A DNA stretch of 64,000 nucleotides from Camelus dromedarius (GCF_036321535.1 NC_087436.1:37326001-37390000), one strand, 5' to 3'; shown: positions 1 to 15,515, counted from the stretch's first letter. Numbers and translations are program-made. Notes: generated from the letters alone by a model not told the origin.

Positions 1-2530
1 AACAGTACTAGAGAGCTTGAAAAATGATGAGACTAAGGATTTAAATTCAAGACATGATCTCAAGTGCTAGAGAGCCTCCACTGTTGCACTGAAGGCATCT
101 TTTAGATAGAGTCAACATATCCATAGATCAGTTACAGAATCTAATCTTGGGGTTTATTGAATTAATGTGTAGGTTGAATTCATAATTCGCCAGTTCTTTT
201 AAGGGAAAGTTAAGATGTCAGTTGGGAAAATGTGGGAGCCTAAGAATTGGAAGATGGATATTTTGGAAATTCAGATGTACTTGAGTGCTTCAAACTTCCC
301 AGCCCAACTGCACCAAGTCTCCCTTGTGAGCACTGGCAAATCATCCTGTCTTGTCGGCTAAATTATTCTATTTCCTGAAGAACTTAAAGGACATCACCTG
401 AGGCAGCTGCCTCACAATGAGATTCAGTTCCATGTCATAGCCCAGCCATGCCACCTGTCACTGCCAGCTGACCTGTAACTGGAGTTTAAATCTATCATGC
501 CTCAGGGGGCAAGTACAGAGTATATTCTATGAGTAGAACTTTTAGAATCAAAAGTATTTACACACACACACACACACATTTTACCAATGTATGCAGGCAG
601 AAACTCAGAGGGTATATGTGATGATGTATTCTTAAAGTACTAGACTCACTTGGTTGAACAGAAGTCTGCTTGAGTCACCAGTATTTAAAAGTCATGGCCT
701 CTCATTGAGTGATTAATCTATTCTGGGATCCTTTAATAAAGGAGAAGTGGGATAAAAAGGTCCTGTGATAACACCCCAAGAATATAATGTAAATACTTCT
801 CCTACCATTTCTCCAAAAGACCTGAAGCCACTGTTTGATATAACTACACCCTGGGGAAAGAAAAATAGCCACAACTTTTATGGGCTTACTGGGGACCCAG
901 AATACTACTGTGGTCCATTGGTGATGAGAACTTGAGTGGGTCAGGTAATTAAAACATTTTGCATGCAGAGTAAATTTGGATCCTGGAAAAATATAGTAGA
1001 TTATTATAAACTTAATCATGGGGTGACTACCATGGTGTCTGCTATTTCAGTTGAGATCTCTTACCAAAACAAATCAACATGACTTCTAACCCTTATAGGC
1101 AACTATTAACCTGGCAGAATCATTTTTCTCTTTTTTCTCTATTTTGATAACTAGAGAACACCAGAGGCATTTTACTTTTTTCTTGGCAAGGGCAGCAGCA
1201 TATCTTCAGTCTTCCTCAGGGCTTATGTCAGTTCTCAACTCTCAGTCACTATTTGGTCGGCAAGAACCTTGTTCTCTCAGTATCCCAAAGAACATAATGC
1301 TCATCTAACATCTTGATGACATCGTGCTGATTGAACTTGATAACTGGGAAGTAGTAAGATTATTCTATGTCTCAATAAGACACTTGCTAGAATGGGAATA
1401 GATTCATGAAAATTTAGCAGCCTTCCAGATCAGGAAATGTTCTAGAATCTAGTAGTCCAGAGCAAGCTGTGATATCTTCCTCAAAGTAAGAGAGAAATTA
1501 CTGCATCTTGAGTCTCCTATCACTGTGAAAGAAGTCCAAAGCTTTTTGGTTCTCTATGGATATTTTAAGCAATGTCTAACATGTTTGTGTGTGCTACTAA
1601 ACTAGCTATGTCATAACCACTGCGGTGTCCAAAACAAATGGCACCTAGAACAAGAGAAGGCTCTTCAGGTTGTCTGTGCTGCTATAGAGGACCTTTCTGA
1701 TGTTTGATCTCAATGATGTAGTGGATCCCATGGTCTTGGTGTGTTTGTGGCATCTCACAGTGCTGTCTTGGGTCTGGGCATGCACTAAGAGAAGACTAGG
1801 GTTTTGGGATTATTAGTCAAAGAATGATTTTCTTTTTGAGAAGCCAGAACCTCCTATCACAAATATTCAAATAACCATGAGAACTAAACTGCCCATCACA
1901 AAACAAGAATTATTTTATTCATGAAGCCTTGGATTTGGTGCACCTGCAAGTGCTCTCTCATCAAGTAGATACATCAAGATGGGATCTAGTAGTCCAGAGC
2001 AAGTTGATCTTCCTCAAAGTAAGTTAGGCACGTGATCATGTTGTTCACACTTTTAGGACACCAACTTCTGTATTTCTATCTCATCCTCAGCCTATCCTTA
2101 TAGCCTTGTGTGGAGTTCCATATGATCAGTTGACTGAAGAGGAACCACCTGAGCATAGATTTTGGATGGTTCCACCTACTATCTAAAAGTGAGCTGTTGC
2201 AATGTTACAGCCCCAGTTAGAAGTAGCTCTGAAAAATACTAGAGAAAGCAAAATCCTCTCTCCCACTGGGCTGAACTTCAAGGAGAGCATCTGATAATTT
2301 GTTATGCCTAGAGGGAGTGCTGTGCAGAAGCATGAGTCCACACCATTTCAGGAGCTGTGAACTGTGCTTTGGTAGAAGAATACAGTTGGAAGATTAACAA
2401 CAAAGGGATTTGGGGGGGAGTATGATGTGGACGAACCTTTCAGAGTAGGCTCAGTGTGAAAGAACATTTGTGTACCACATGCATGTTCACCAAACGCTCC
2501 ACTCTGCAGAGGGAAAAAGTCAGTGAAGAC
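1..2530 (+). mobile_element. Decayed ERVL (class III endogenous retrovirus) internal region: gag-pro-pol remnants with deletions
   Basis: Resembles HERV-L/ERVL pol as recalled. Protease-like 'tttatgggcttactggggacccag...ggtcaggtaattaa' (~877-952). RT motifs 'gattattataaacttaat' (DYYKLN ~1000), 'tggcaagggcagcag' (WQGQQ ~1184), 'cttcctcagggc' (LPQG 1211) and 'cttgatgacatcgtgctgatt' (xDDIVLI, the YIDD equivalent, ~1312). RNase H-like 'tgggctgaacttcaa' (WAELQ ~2267). Many stops and frameshifts; begins before the window. Confidence 0.85.
560..578. repeat. (CA)n microsatellite
   Basis: acacacacacacacacaca. Confidence 0.95.
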
Positions 2531-2554
2531 AGTGGATCTGAACCACACAGTCAC

Positions 2555-3270
2555 CTTGATCTTAATAACACTTATAAAACACTGCAGTCATCAGCTGCAA
2601 ACTGAACATTTTTTTTCAAGTGCATATGGTACATTATTCAAGAAAGACTAGATTCTAGGCAATAAAGTAAGTCTCAATCAATTTAAAAGAATTGAAATTG
2701 TACATAGAATGTTTTCTGACCATTTTGGACTCAGATATATTATCAATAATGTTAAAATACCTTGGGAAACACCACCCATATTTGGAAATTAAATAATACA
2801 CTTTTAAATAATCTATGAATCAAAGAAGCAGTCAAAGAAAGTTGGAAAATACTTTGACTAATGTAAGAATATAGATAGTACAATACAAAATATCAAAACT
2901 TACAGGATATGGCTATAGCAGTGCATAGAAGAAAGTTTATACTGCTAAATGCTTATGTTAGAAATGAAAAAAGACCTAAAATCCAATGATCTAAGCTTCT
3001 ACCTTAAGAAGCCAAGAAAAGAAAAAGTAAAACCAGAGTAAGTGAAAATGAAAGAAGTAATAATAAATGCAGAAATCACTGAAATAGAAAACAAGCAACA
3101 GTAAAAACTTAAAAAGCCAAAATCTAGTTCCTTTAAAAGTTCAGCAAAATTGAAAAACCCCTAGTAGACTGATTGATGAAGGGAGAAAGAAGAAGGGAGG
3201 GAGGGAAGGAGGCAGGAGAGAAAGGGAAAGCCCAAATTATCAACACCTGGAATGAAAGAGCAGTTTTCCA
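2555..3270 (+). mobile_element. Old L1 ORF2 fragment (end of endonuclease domain and linker)
   Basis: 'tcaagtgcatatggtacatt...gttttctgaccat...ggatatggctatagcagtgcatagaagaaagtttatactgctaaatgc' follows the L1 EN C-terminal pattern. Confidence 0.8.
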
Positions 3271-3319
3271 TTTGAATTTATAAATCAATTGGCAAAGGAT
3301 TAACACTAAAATAAAATAC

Positions 3320-3545
3320 ATTATTTCTATCAATAAATTTGTCTTTATTTAGTTTTCCTTTAATATATTTCAATAAATATTCCAAATTTTCTCTAATAAC
3401 TATCATATTTGTAGATATGTTACTTTTTGTTGACAGTATATATGAATGTAATTAATTTTGTATACTGATTTTAAAGTTTGCTATGTTGCTAAATCCTCCT
3501 ATTCTAAGAATTTGGCATGGATTTAAATTTTTTTCTATGTATTAT
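3320..3545 (-). mobile_element. Old L1 ORF2 fragment, antisense
   Basis: 'aattaattttgtatactgatttt...gctatgttgctaaatcctc' resembles the reverse complement of post-RT L1 sequence. Confidence 0.5.
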
Positions 3546-3547
3546 TC

Positions 3548-3813
3548 AGTGTGTGTTCCATAAGCCAGTGCCAGTTCCCGAACTGTTTGTTACTGGTGTA
3601 CAATGAGATAAGAAATTGAGTCTAAGAGGTTAGAAAATTTTGTAGTAATTTGATAGAGTAATTATATATTTGCTGAATCTAACAAGACATTTGATTTGTA
3701 TTTTGTATGTCTTTATTTTTCTTCCTCTAGAGATTTATTTCTGTTGTATTTTATAAGGATATCGGTCTGAGACAGGTCAGAAAAAAACTGATTCTTACCA
3801 GTTGAGAAGCACT
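3548..3813. mobile_element. Probable hAT-Charlie-type non-autonomous DNA transposon fossil
   Basis: Starts 'cagtgtg' and ends 'gttgagaagcacta', similar to the Charlie-type terminal repeat cagtgcttctcaa; family not identified. Confidence 0.4.
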
Positions 3814-3857
3814 AATATATGGGATAATGTTATTCTCAAGAAATGAGAATTTTGTTC

Positions 3858-3980
3858 TTTCTTAGTAAGTTGTGGGCTGTTATAACAAAGTAGACTAGGT
3901 GGCTTATAAACAACAGATATTTATTTCTCACAGTTCTGGAGGCTGGAAGTCTGAGATCAGGGTGCCAGCATGGCTGGGTT
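3858..3980 (-). mobile_element. MaLR LTR fragment (MLT1A-C-like)
   Basis: Diagnostic 'ggtggcttataaacaacagatatttatttctcacagttctggaggctggaagtctgagatcagggtgccagcatgg'. Confidence 0.85.
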
Positions 3981-4304
3981 GCTTAGCTGGCCTGACTGGG
4001 CTTGAAAGCAGTGATGACCTTGGAAATAGGATAGCAGAAAAAATGACTGACAATGCCAGACATTTACTTTAATTCTTATGTGTGGCCACCTGGAATGCAA
4101 GACTTTGGCAAACCAACTGGCTGTTGGTTGTATTTTAAAAGGAATAAAGAATACGAAACTATGAGATGGGCTGGATACTTCTGACAGCACTTAAGATAGG
4201 GTAAGAGTTTTAAATTCTTCGCTGATGAGATAGTTAGAGGACCAGGGTACAATGATTGACTTAAAAACTCTTATCTTTTGTAGCTGTAGGACTGGTATAT
4301 CCAA

Positions 4305-4307
4305 AAA

Positions 4308-4338
<31 letters not shown>

Positions 4339-4340
4339 AA
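4305..4340. repeat. (CA)n microsatellite
   Basis: Run of acacac. Confidence 0.9.
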
Positions 4341-4534
4341 CCAGACATGAATCTGATCTCGAGTGCTGCTGAATCACTGGCTTGTCAGGACTCTTTATGT
4401 AAGAGTTAGAACATTGATACAGAAAGAGAGGAAACAGTGATTAGAATGGAGACACTGAGTTGGAGTCTGGTGGCTCAAGGATCCAGAATCTTTACACTCC
4501 ACTAAGCTTTTGCTCTCAAGTGATTCTCTCTACA

Positions 4535-4797
4535 GAGCATCTAATAATGTGGCAGCTTGCTTTATTAGAGCAAGCAAGAAGGCAACAGAAAATGCCAGCA
4601 GGAGAGGAATTAGCCAGTTGGAAGTCAGTCTTTCATAACCTTATCAAGGAAGTGACATCCCATCACTATTGCTGTATTGTGTTCTTTAGAAGTAAGTCAT
4701 TAGGTTCAATCCACTTTCATGGGGAAGGGATTTCACAAGGATGTGAATTATCAATAGGTGGGGACCATTGGGACCATGTCAGAAGTTGCCCACTGCA
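4535..4797 (-). mobile_element. MaLR LTR fragment (MLT1F/G-like)
   Basis: 'ggaagtgacatcccatcactattgctgtattgtgttctttagaagtaagtcattaggttc' is typical of older MLT1; it accounts for the 146-aa ORF at 4460. Confidence 0.7.
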
Positions 4798-4985
4798 AGA
4801 GTCTGTACAAAATTTATACAGAATTTCATACAAAATTTTATGCAAAATTCAAAAGCATGTAAAAGTAAACTATGTATTATTAAGGCTTATTTATTTATAG
4901 TGATCCACCTGATAAAAATATCTTGTAAGTTTGGCACTTGTCCTAGCCCTCTGAAAGATCCACATTTAAAAAAAAATCTTAAATA

Positions 4986-5088
4986 CCATATTTTATCCAA
5001 TTTAATATGGACTTAAAATATATTTTAACATCCTTAAAGTTGGAATGTATCTCACAATCCGTGGCATTTTAAATTCAATGAAGTATGC
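4986..5088. mobile_element. TcMar-Tc2 MITE (MER104/Kanga-like)
   Basis: TA-flanked, with imperfect terminal inverted repeats 'ccatattttatccaatttaa' / 'ttaaattcaatgaagtatgc'; core 'ttttaacatccttaaagttggaatgtatctcacaatc'. Confidence 0.6.
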
Positions 5089-6399
5089 TACTTCATTTGG
5101 ACTGAGTTTCACTCAGAAACCCAGAGGTGTTCTGTTAGGTACAAACCTGGTCTTTGTGTGCAAGCCTCAGTGTTTTAAAATATGTAATTAAGACAAAGAA
5201 ATCGTTTGATATACATTTTGCACAGGCATGTCCTGTTAAGTTTCACAAAGTCCACTAGACTATAATTTCTATTTGGTCTTGGAATGCATATTATGTATTT
5301 ACCTGTGCTCATTGTTTGCTTAGGGTAATACTAAATTCAGTTGGCCTTTCTTAGGCCACAGAGAAAGAACCGGCTGGGACAGTACTAGGTAGCAGCCTTG
5401 TTTGGAATTTAAAAGAATACATACAGGTGATTGAGAGTAGTTACGAAGAGATAAACAAAATCTCAGTTATTGAACCAGAGTGTTTAATTTCCCCTTCTAT
5501 AGATGAATGAACAGTAATTTTTCTATGAATAGCACTGCCCTGTTACATAATTTATTTAAAGAAATTTGTTAGTAAGTTCACTAAAAGATATTTCTGAAAT
5601 AGTGGAGGCAGCAAGCGAAAAACATAAGTAAGTCTAGGGTAGGAGTGGGGCCAGAATGTTCTGATCTTATTAAACTTCTGGTTCTATTTTCAAAAATCCC
5701 TTTTGATTGAAAAATGGTGCAGGCTAGGAGAAGAGTATTCTGGACATGATTTGAAATTTTATTGGACAGAGCTGACCTTTTTCTGTGTTACCAGTGCCAT
5801 TTATTAAAAGCAAAGTAAATACACTTTACGTTTCTGTAGCATAGAACAACTCAAAAGTAAAATGAAATTGCATTACATGTTAAATTATTGCTTGAGGGTT
5901 TGGAGAAAGGAATTTAGAGATACTAATGTCTTCTTTAAGTTCTTTTTTTGCACTTAGATTTAGAGGCAATGTAATTATACATATGTATAGCTATATATAT
6001 ATATATAATGTATATATGGATTTAAAATATATTTTAACATCCTTAAAATTGGAATGTATCTCACAATCTGGCATTTTACATATATATATGCACACCCCCC
6101 CACAGAATGAGTCTTGAATTAAGTATGCATATATTAAAGTATTCAAATATTTACAGGGTCTTAAGTATTATTAAATTATTCAAATATTTAAAAGTTGAAA
6201 ATAGATTACACAGAATAGTAAACCTCATGAATGTATAATAGTAATGTACATAACTAGATTGATTTTTCAGGAAGAGAGCTGGGAACAACAGATAAAAATG
6301 TTCAACAGAAAAAAATTCTAAAATAAAAGTCTATATTGTTATGGGCTATAGTTAAGCACCATTCTCTATTTCTATACTTTAGTTTGTTTTAACCAAAAT

Positions 6400-6640
6400 C
6401 TGGCTCTGAATCAAGACAGCCTGGCTTGAATCCTGGCTTCACCAGTTATTTTTTTTACCTGTGTGCTTTTGGGGCAAGCTTCTTAACTTGTCTGTGCCTT
6501 CACTTCTTCACATATAAAGTGGGAATGATAATAATAGTTCCTTGATGGGGTTTTTATGGTAATCAAATGAATTAAGAGATATTAAATATTTAATTAGAAC
6601 AATGTTTGACACATAAGTACTCGATATGTTTAATTACTGC
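6400..6640 (+). mobile_element. MIR SINE
   Basis: 'cagcctggcttgaatcctggcttcacc...ggcaagcttcttaacttgtctgtgcctt...taaagtgggaatgataataatag' MIR core. Confidence 0.85.
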
Positions 6641-6754
6641 TGCTTTGAGATGTCAATTGTTAATATACATTGATGTTAAAGTTTTGAAAATCAGCCTTTT
6701 TAAACATGTAGGAATAGAGAAAAATAATCAAGTCATATTGGGCTATACAAGAAA

Positions 6755-6920
6755 CAGAATCATGCAATATTTAGATTAAAGGAATATAAGGGTCATCTAG
6801 TTGATCCCCTTATTTTACAGATGAAGAAACAGGTTCTTGTAGGAGAAAGAGATTCCTCTAATATCATACAGCAAATTAACAGCATAGTAAATTCCAGAAT
6901 CAAATATAACACTCTTTCAA
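6755..6920 (-). mobile_element. MIR SINE fragment
   Basis: 'ggtcatctagttgatccccttattttacagatgaagaaacagg'. Confidence 0.75.
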
Positions 6921-8849
6921 AGGCTCTAGGTGTCATAACAGAAGCATCACTGTGAACATTCAAATGAAGATTATTAGCAGGTGAGGCCACCACTCAAAAC
7001 TTGAAATGAAAACCAAAACTGAATTTAGTGCTTAAAGAAGAACTGTACAAACAGGAAAAAGTACATTAAGCAAAGCAAATTACTGGTTTTATATAGGGTT
7101 TGGGGAAGAGTCTGTTTAGTATGTATTGGTTTCAGGGGTAGGAGTGGGTTCATCTCAGCGCAACAGACCTGGTTGTGTTGCTTCCACAAGAGATTGTATT
7201 GTGTTGACAGTATGTTGAACTCACCTAGAAGCATGTTTCCTAGAGTAAGTTGGCTGCTGACTAGTTGGTTTTCAAAGTGCAAGGGTGTCACTGGTTGGTT
7301 GGCTTTCAGGGGCATGTTCACTGAAGCAAGTTGTTAATTGATTAGACAGGTGAACTACCTTAGCTGGTTATTAACATGGCTAAAGAACAACCAGTCTTTT
7401 CCTAGGAGTGTGGGACACTTCTTGATTTTGAAACAATTCTCTACTGGAAAATTGTTCAGAATGATGAATTAGTAATTGTGTATGATTTCAGTTTGTTTTG
7501 TATCATATAGAAGCATCATGTAAAAAAAGAAAGATAAATACAGACAAAAAGAGGGAAACCTAGAAGGAAGACACAGGGTTTTGTCACAAGAGCCAGAGCT
7601 TAGCAAAGGCCACTTTAATCTTCCTTCTGTGGGTCCATTAAGCAGAAGGGAGCAAATGGAGAATCTCCTCTTCCTAGTTGGAAAGATTGAAAACCATAAT
7701 TACTCCATGGAAGAGCCTTTCCAACTTTGGGATTGAGTGCACACTCCTCTCCTGGCCTGTCTTACCATGTCTCCTTCAGAACTGGGTATCCTTTCTCCAC
7801 TTTGAGGGCTCCATCACCATCTCCAGGCCCTTTCTTGATTGTACAATCCTGAGTCACAGTAAGTGCTTGATGAAACAAACCACATTCTATGAGCAGGGGA
7901 CACACGATATATTTATCTACTCCTGCATTTTAACTCTAGTCATGACCCGCATGACAAGATCTTATATTTCACATGTTTAAAGCAAATGTGTTATCACCAT
8001 TAAAAATAAAAATAAGCAAGGAGAAGGGATTTCTGCTACTCTTTCTTCCACACTATATCATCTGAAGGGTAAGGTCAACAAATAAATGACTTCTTGAATC
8101 AAGAAATAGCCTTACCAGTTGGTGCTCTTTGATCAGTGCATTTAATCTGTTGCTAAATGCTCTTTTTTCACTATGTATATTTTATTGTCTTTTTTTCTTT
8201 TTTATTGAAGTATATGTATGTATAGCTAAACACTCTTGTGATCGCAACTGCACCATGTCCCCTCCTCAAAACAAGAGCCTTAATTAAATTGAACTTACGA
8301 CAGCCCTCACTGGAACTAATGCCACCTCTTTCTGGACTGCCTGCTTCATCTGGGATACTAAAAACTGTCTTTATTGATGAGGCTTTGATCTGGCTACTCT
8401 CCTACACAGGGATTTATATAAAGATCAGAAACTTTAACGTACATTTGAAAGGCTTTTATCAAAGTACTTCACTCTCCTCCCTACTTTGAGGCACAAACCA
8501 AGGGGCAAAGACATGGGCCACACACATTAGTGACTTCTGGCACATGGTAGATGATCAAAGATTTCAAAATTACCATCCCAGTCTTTGTCTGAGTTTCTCT
8601 AGGGGAGAAAAAAAAAAGGGCTGCAGGGCAAACCCAGTATACTCAAGAACTCTCTCTAGTCCACAGCTACCAAGAGATCCACTGAGAAAATATAAAAGCA
8701 AGCAACTCTCCCAGCATACAAAAAGGAAGCTTTGGAAGTTATTTCTAAGGTAGCTAAGTTAAGCTATATAATAATTGCTGTAGCTGGTGTTTACCTGGCA
8801 AAACTGTGAGAACGCCGCGTCTGAAAACAGATTAGAATGAAACTAATCT

Positions 8850-9070
8850 TAATTGAACACTTGTGATGTGCAGGATTCTTTACATGTATTATTTAATTTA
8901 ATCACACAAATCCCATGAGACAGATATTATTACTCTATTAATTAGAAGAGGACATTGAGGCTCTGAGAAGTTAAGTTACTTGCTTTAAGTCAGTCAGAAA
9001 GGAAGAGCTGGCATTACACACTCCAGTTTGTTATTAGTCTCTGAAGTCCATGGTCTTTCTACACCATGTT
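8850..9070 (-). mobile_element. MIR SINE
   Basis: 'cccatgagacagatattattac...gaggacattgaggctctgagaagttaagttacttgc'. Confidence 0.8.
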
Positions 9071-9709
9071 GATTCCTGAAAAAAAGAACTGACATTTAAA
9101 ATAACCTGAGTAAGATTTTCTTTGTTCTATGGTAGACGAGATAAAATGAAAAAGTAAAAGGTTGCATATCTAAAATTAAAAGTTTACTTTAAAAAATAGC
9201 CTGTATGGAGACAAATGTTTAGGTGGCTGAGGGTGAGCTGAACAGAAGCTATGTGTTGTGTTGAACATCAGCATTGGAAGTAAGAACACACAGGACCCTA
9301 GGTGCAAGCACTGGAGGAGTGTTCCCTGGGGATGGACAGCACAGAATCTGTGAGGGCTTATTCTGATGGTTTCCTGCTTTACGAACTTGTTATACCTCAG
9401 AATCTATTACAGAGTAGATTCTTAGTAGATGCTTTCTGAATTAATGAATTAATTGTGACAAGATTAGAGATTGGCTCCTTTATTATAGCCTTGTACCCCA
9501 GGTTTGTAATGAACACTTGGAAGATTTTGACTTGTCTACTCTTTGTGTCAGGCATATCTGAACATCCTGGTTATTTATCTCTGAAAGATATTGGCTGTGT
9601 TTGACCTAGCTGTTGTGGAGATGTGATGGAATGAAAACAAAGTACCCTGGAGTACAGAAACCCTAGAGGCATATCAGGGCTACTTCCAGGGCTCTTTCAA
9701 ATGACAGCC

Positions 9710-9741
9710 CCACATATTACCACATATTACCACATATTACC
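9710..9741. repeat. 10-bp tandem repeat x3 (ccacatatta)
   Basis: cacatattac cacatattac cacatattac. Confidence 0.95.
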
Positions 9742-10126
9742 AAAGGTAGAGCCATTTTCTGAAGACATTGTCAGCACAGGGTGCTATAAGAATATTTATT
9801 ATCTCATTTATTTGGATATTTAGGTTATGTATGTCTTACAGTGATACGTAGCACATTGTTTTGTCGAGGTTATGGATAAAGAAGAGAATGAAACATTGTT
9901 CTTTTATAACATATCTTTTATTTTGACTAAATATGTTTAGGGTTTGTTTGCAGACAAAAGTTTAAAATTCTTAACATTATCCTCCCACCAGAGATTAACA
10001 ACAATCAGAGATTTAGAAGGAAAGTAGAAGTGTCTAATTGGTATTTTGGGTTCCAAGTCTCTTTAGAAATTGTCTACCCAGAGAGAGCTAGCTATTTCTT
10101 CTAACAGGGTTTTGATAGGTAAAATA

Positions 10127-10340
10127 CAATTGACCCTTGAACAACACAGATTTGAAATATGTGGGTCTACTTATATACAGAGTTTAAAAAATAAATACAT
10201 AGTATAGTACTACAAAATTGGCAGTTGGTTGAACTGGAGATGTAGAACTGACATGGAGGACCAACTGTAAAGTTACTCTCAGATTTTTGATTGCTTGGGA
10301 TGTTGGCATCCCAACCCCTATGTTGTTCAAGGGTCAACTG
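10127..10340. mobile_element. Tigger2-derived MITE (MER8/Tigger2a-like)
   Basis: Terminal inverted repeats 'caattgacccttgaacaaca' / 'tgttgttcaagggtcaactg'; TA target duplication at 10125-6 and 10341-2. Confidence 0.9.
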
Positions 10341-10554
10341 TACTTTTAGTGGAAAGGGGCATACGTCATAGGCAGGATTAAAGACGCATTTGCAGGACTC
10401 TGTTAGGTGTTGATTGGGTAGCACTGTGCTTCTTTAAGTGTATAATCTATTGACTGTAGATAATTAACTGAAATTGATATTTCTCAGAAAAGATTCCATT
10501 GCAGAATCAGTCATTCTTTAATGAACAATTGTTAGTCATAAAATCTAACCAGAA

Positions 10555-13740
<3,186 letters not shown>

Positions 13741-14214
13741 ATAAGAATTTCTCCTAGATAACTACTGGACAATTAGTACATTTAAATTACTAACAGTAGT
13801 TTCATGATATCACCTAGTATCTAGTCCATATTCAAATTAAAAAAAAAGTGTTCTGTGTAGTCAATCAGTGTTCAGCTTATAGCTCATTGTGTGATTACAG
13901 ATAGAGTAATTGCCTTCTCTGTTTATCTTTAGTTTCCTAATATGTAAATTGAGAGGGAATGCGTGATACTTTCTGGCTTTATGATTCCATGACATTACTT
14001 GAGGTTAGGAGGGTTTAAAAGTAAGGCAATAAACCAAACAAACAAACCAAACTTCCTTGACTTAATGGCTCCCTGGCTTCCTCAAGCTCCTGAGGCATTT
14101 CTGTGTTCCCCTGCAAGGTAGTGCCTCCAATAAGAGTGGTCTGTAGGGCAGTCTCCATTCCACTGAAGGTGCTCATAGTTTCTAAGGACTGCCGTGTTGA
14201 TACATCCAGCGGTA

Positions 14215-14704
14215 ACTCAGCTGCCTCCTAGCAGCATTTGATCATGCTCATCTTAAAACACTCTGTTTGCTTCTGTGGAACCACTTTCTTTCTGGATTTT
14301 CTCCTTCCTCACTAGATGATTCTTCTCTGTCTTTTTTGTTACTCTTTTCAGTTCTTCCTTTTCAGCTCAACCTTTAAAAGTTAGAGCATCCCAGAGTCCT
14401 AGTTCTATTCCTTATCATCCACACTCTTCTCTTAAGTGGGTCTTTTATTCCTGTGGCTTTTAATGCTATTTATATGTTGATGGCTTTCAAAATTATTGAC
14501 TCCTCCAACTTAACTCCAAATGCATGGCTAACAGATATTTCCAAATTCAAAACAGCCAGAACAGAACTTGTAATTTTCCACCTCTAAACCCTTCTTTCCT
14601 CAGTATTCCCCGGTTCAGTCAGTTAAATTATTTTTTAACTAATCGTTGAAGCTGAGAATGTAGGACCTATACATAATTCCTGTATGATCTTCACACTCCA
14701 GATA
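14215..14704 (+). mobile_element. L2 LINE, RT-region fragment
   Basis: 'agagcatcccagagtcctagttct' (GVPQGSVL-like) and 'ttatatgttgatggctttcaaa' (YADD-like); pyrimidine-rich L2 character. Confidence 0.7.
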
Positions 14705-14707
14705 CCA

Positions 14708-15225
14708 TGTTCCAGCTACATACTGCTACGTAATAAACTTCATCAGAGTGGCATTAAAAAAAAACAGCAGTTTATTATTCCTCACGATTTTATGGGTTAG
14801 TTGGGAAGTTCTGCCAGTTTCATCTCTGCTCACTTATGTGGTTCACTCAGCTGACAAGCTGGCTGGACTGCAAGGACTAAGAAGACTTTATTCAGTACAT
14901 GTCTGGCAGTTGATGCTGGCTGTCGGAGTATTTGGCTCTCTTCCACATGACTCTTCATATAATAATAAACTAAATAGGCTTTCTTCTAAAATGGTCTCAT
15001 GAGAACATTTAAAGAGAGTAAAACTTGAAGCTTCAGTATCTCTTAAGGCCTAGCTTTAAGATTTGCACACTTCTTCCTCGCCTTATTGGTCAAAGCGAGT
15101 CATAAAGCAGCCTAGGTTCAAGAAGGTGGATAGATTCCATCTCTGGATGTGAGGAGAAGAAATTCACCTTGCAAAAGGTCATGTATGTCGGGATGGAAGA
15201 AACTTGTGGCAGCTAATTTATCACA
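14708..15225 (-). mobile_element. MaLR solo LTR (old MLT1H/J-like)
   Basis: TG...CA ends; 'tttattattcctcacgattttatgggtt', 'ttattggtcaaagcgagtcataaagcagcctaggttcaag', 'tagattccatctctggatg'. Confidence 0.7.
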
Positions 15226-15280
15226 TAACCTGTCTACATATCCTGAGTCCTAATTCAAAAACATATCTTGAATATAACCA

Positions 15281-15515
15281 CAGTTGACTCTTGAACAACA
15301 ACACTGGTTTGAACTGTGTAGATCCACTTACACACAAATTTTTTCAGTAGTAAATACTATAGAACTACATGACCAGCTGTTGATTGAATCAGCAGCTGCA
15401 GAACCGTGAATGTAGAGGAACCATGTATAAGGAGGGTTAATTATAAATTATATGCAAATTTTGACTGTATGGAGGGTTGGCACCCCTAACCCCTACTTTG
15501 TTCAAGAGTCAGCTG
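15281..15515. mobile_element. Tigger2-derived MITE (MER8/Tigger2a-like)
   Basis: Terminal inverted repeats 'cagttgactcttgaacaa' / 'ttgttcaagagtcagctg'; same family as 10127-10340. Confidence 0.9.

Noticed and set aside
1..2530. Intact or domesticated retroviral gene
   Set aside because: No long ORF; catalytic motifs are interrupted by stops, frameshifts and deletions.
4460..4900. 146-aa ORF
   Set aside because: Non-ATG start and it runs through an MLT1 LTR; no protein-like homology.
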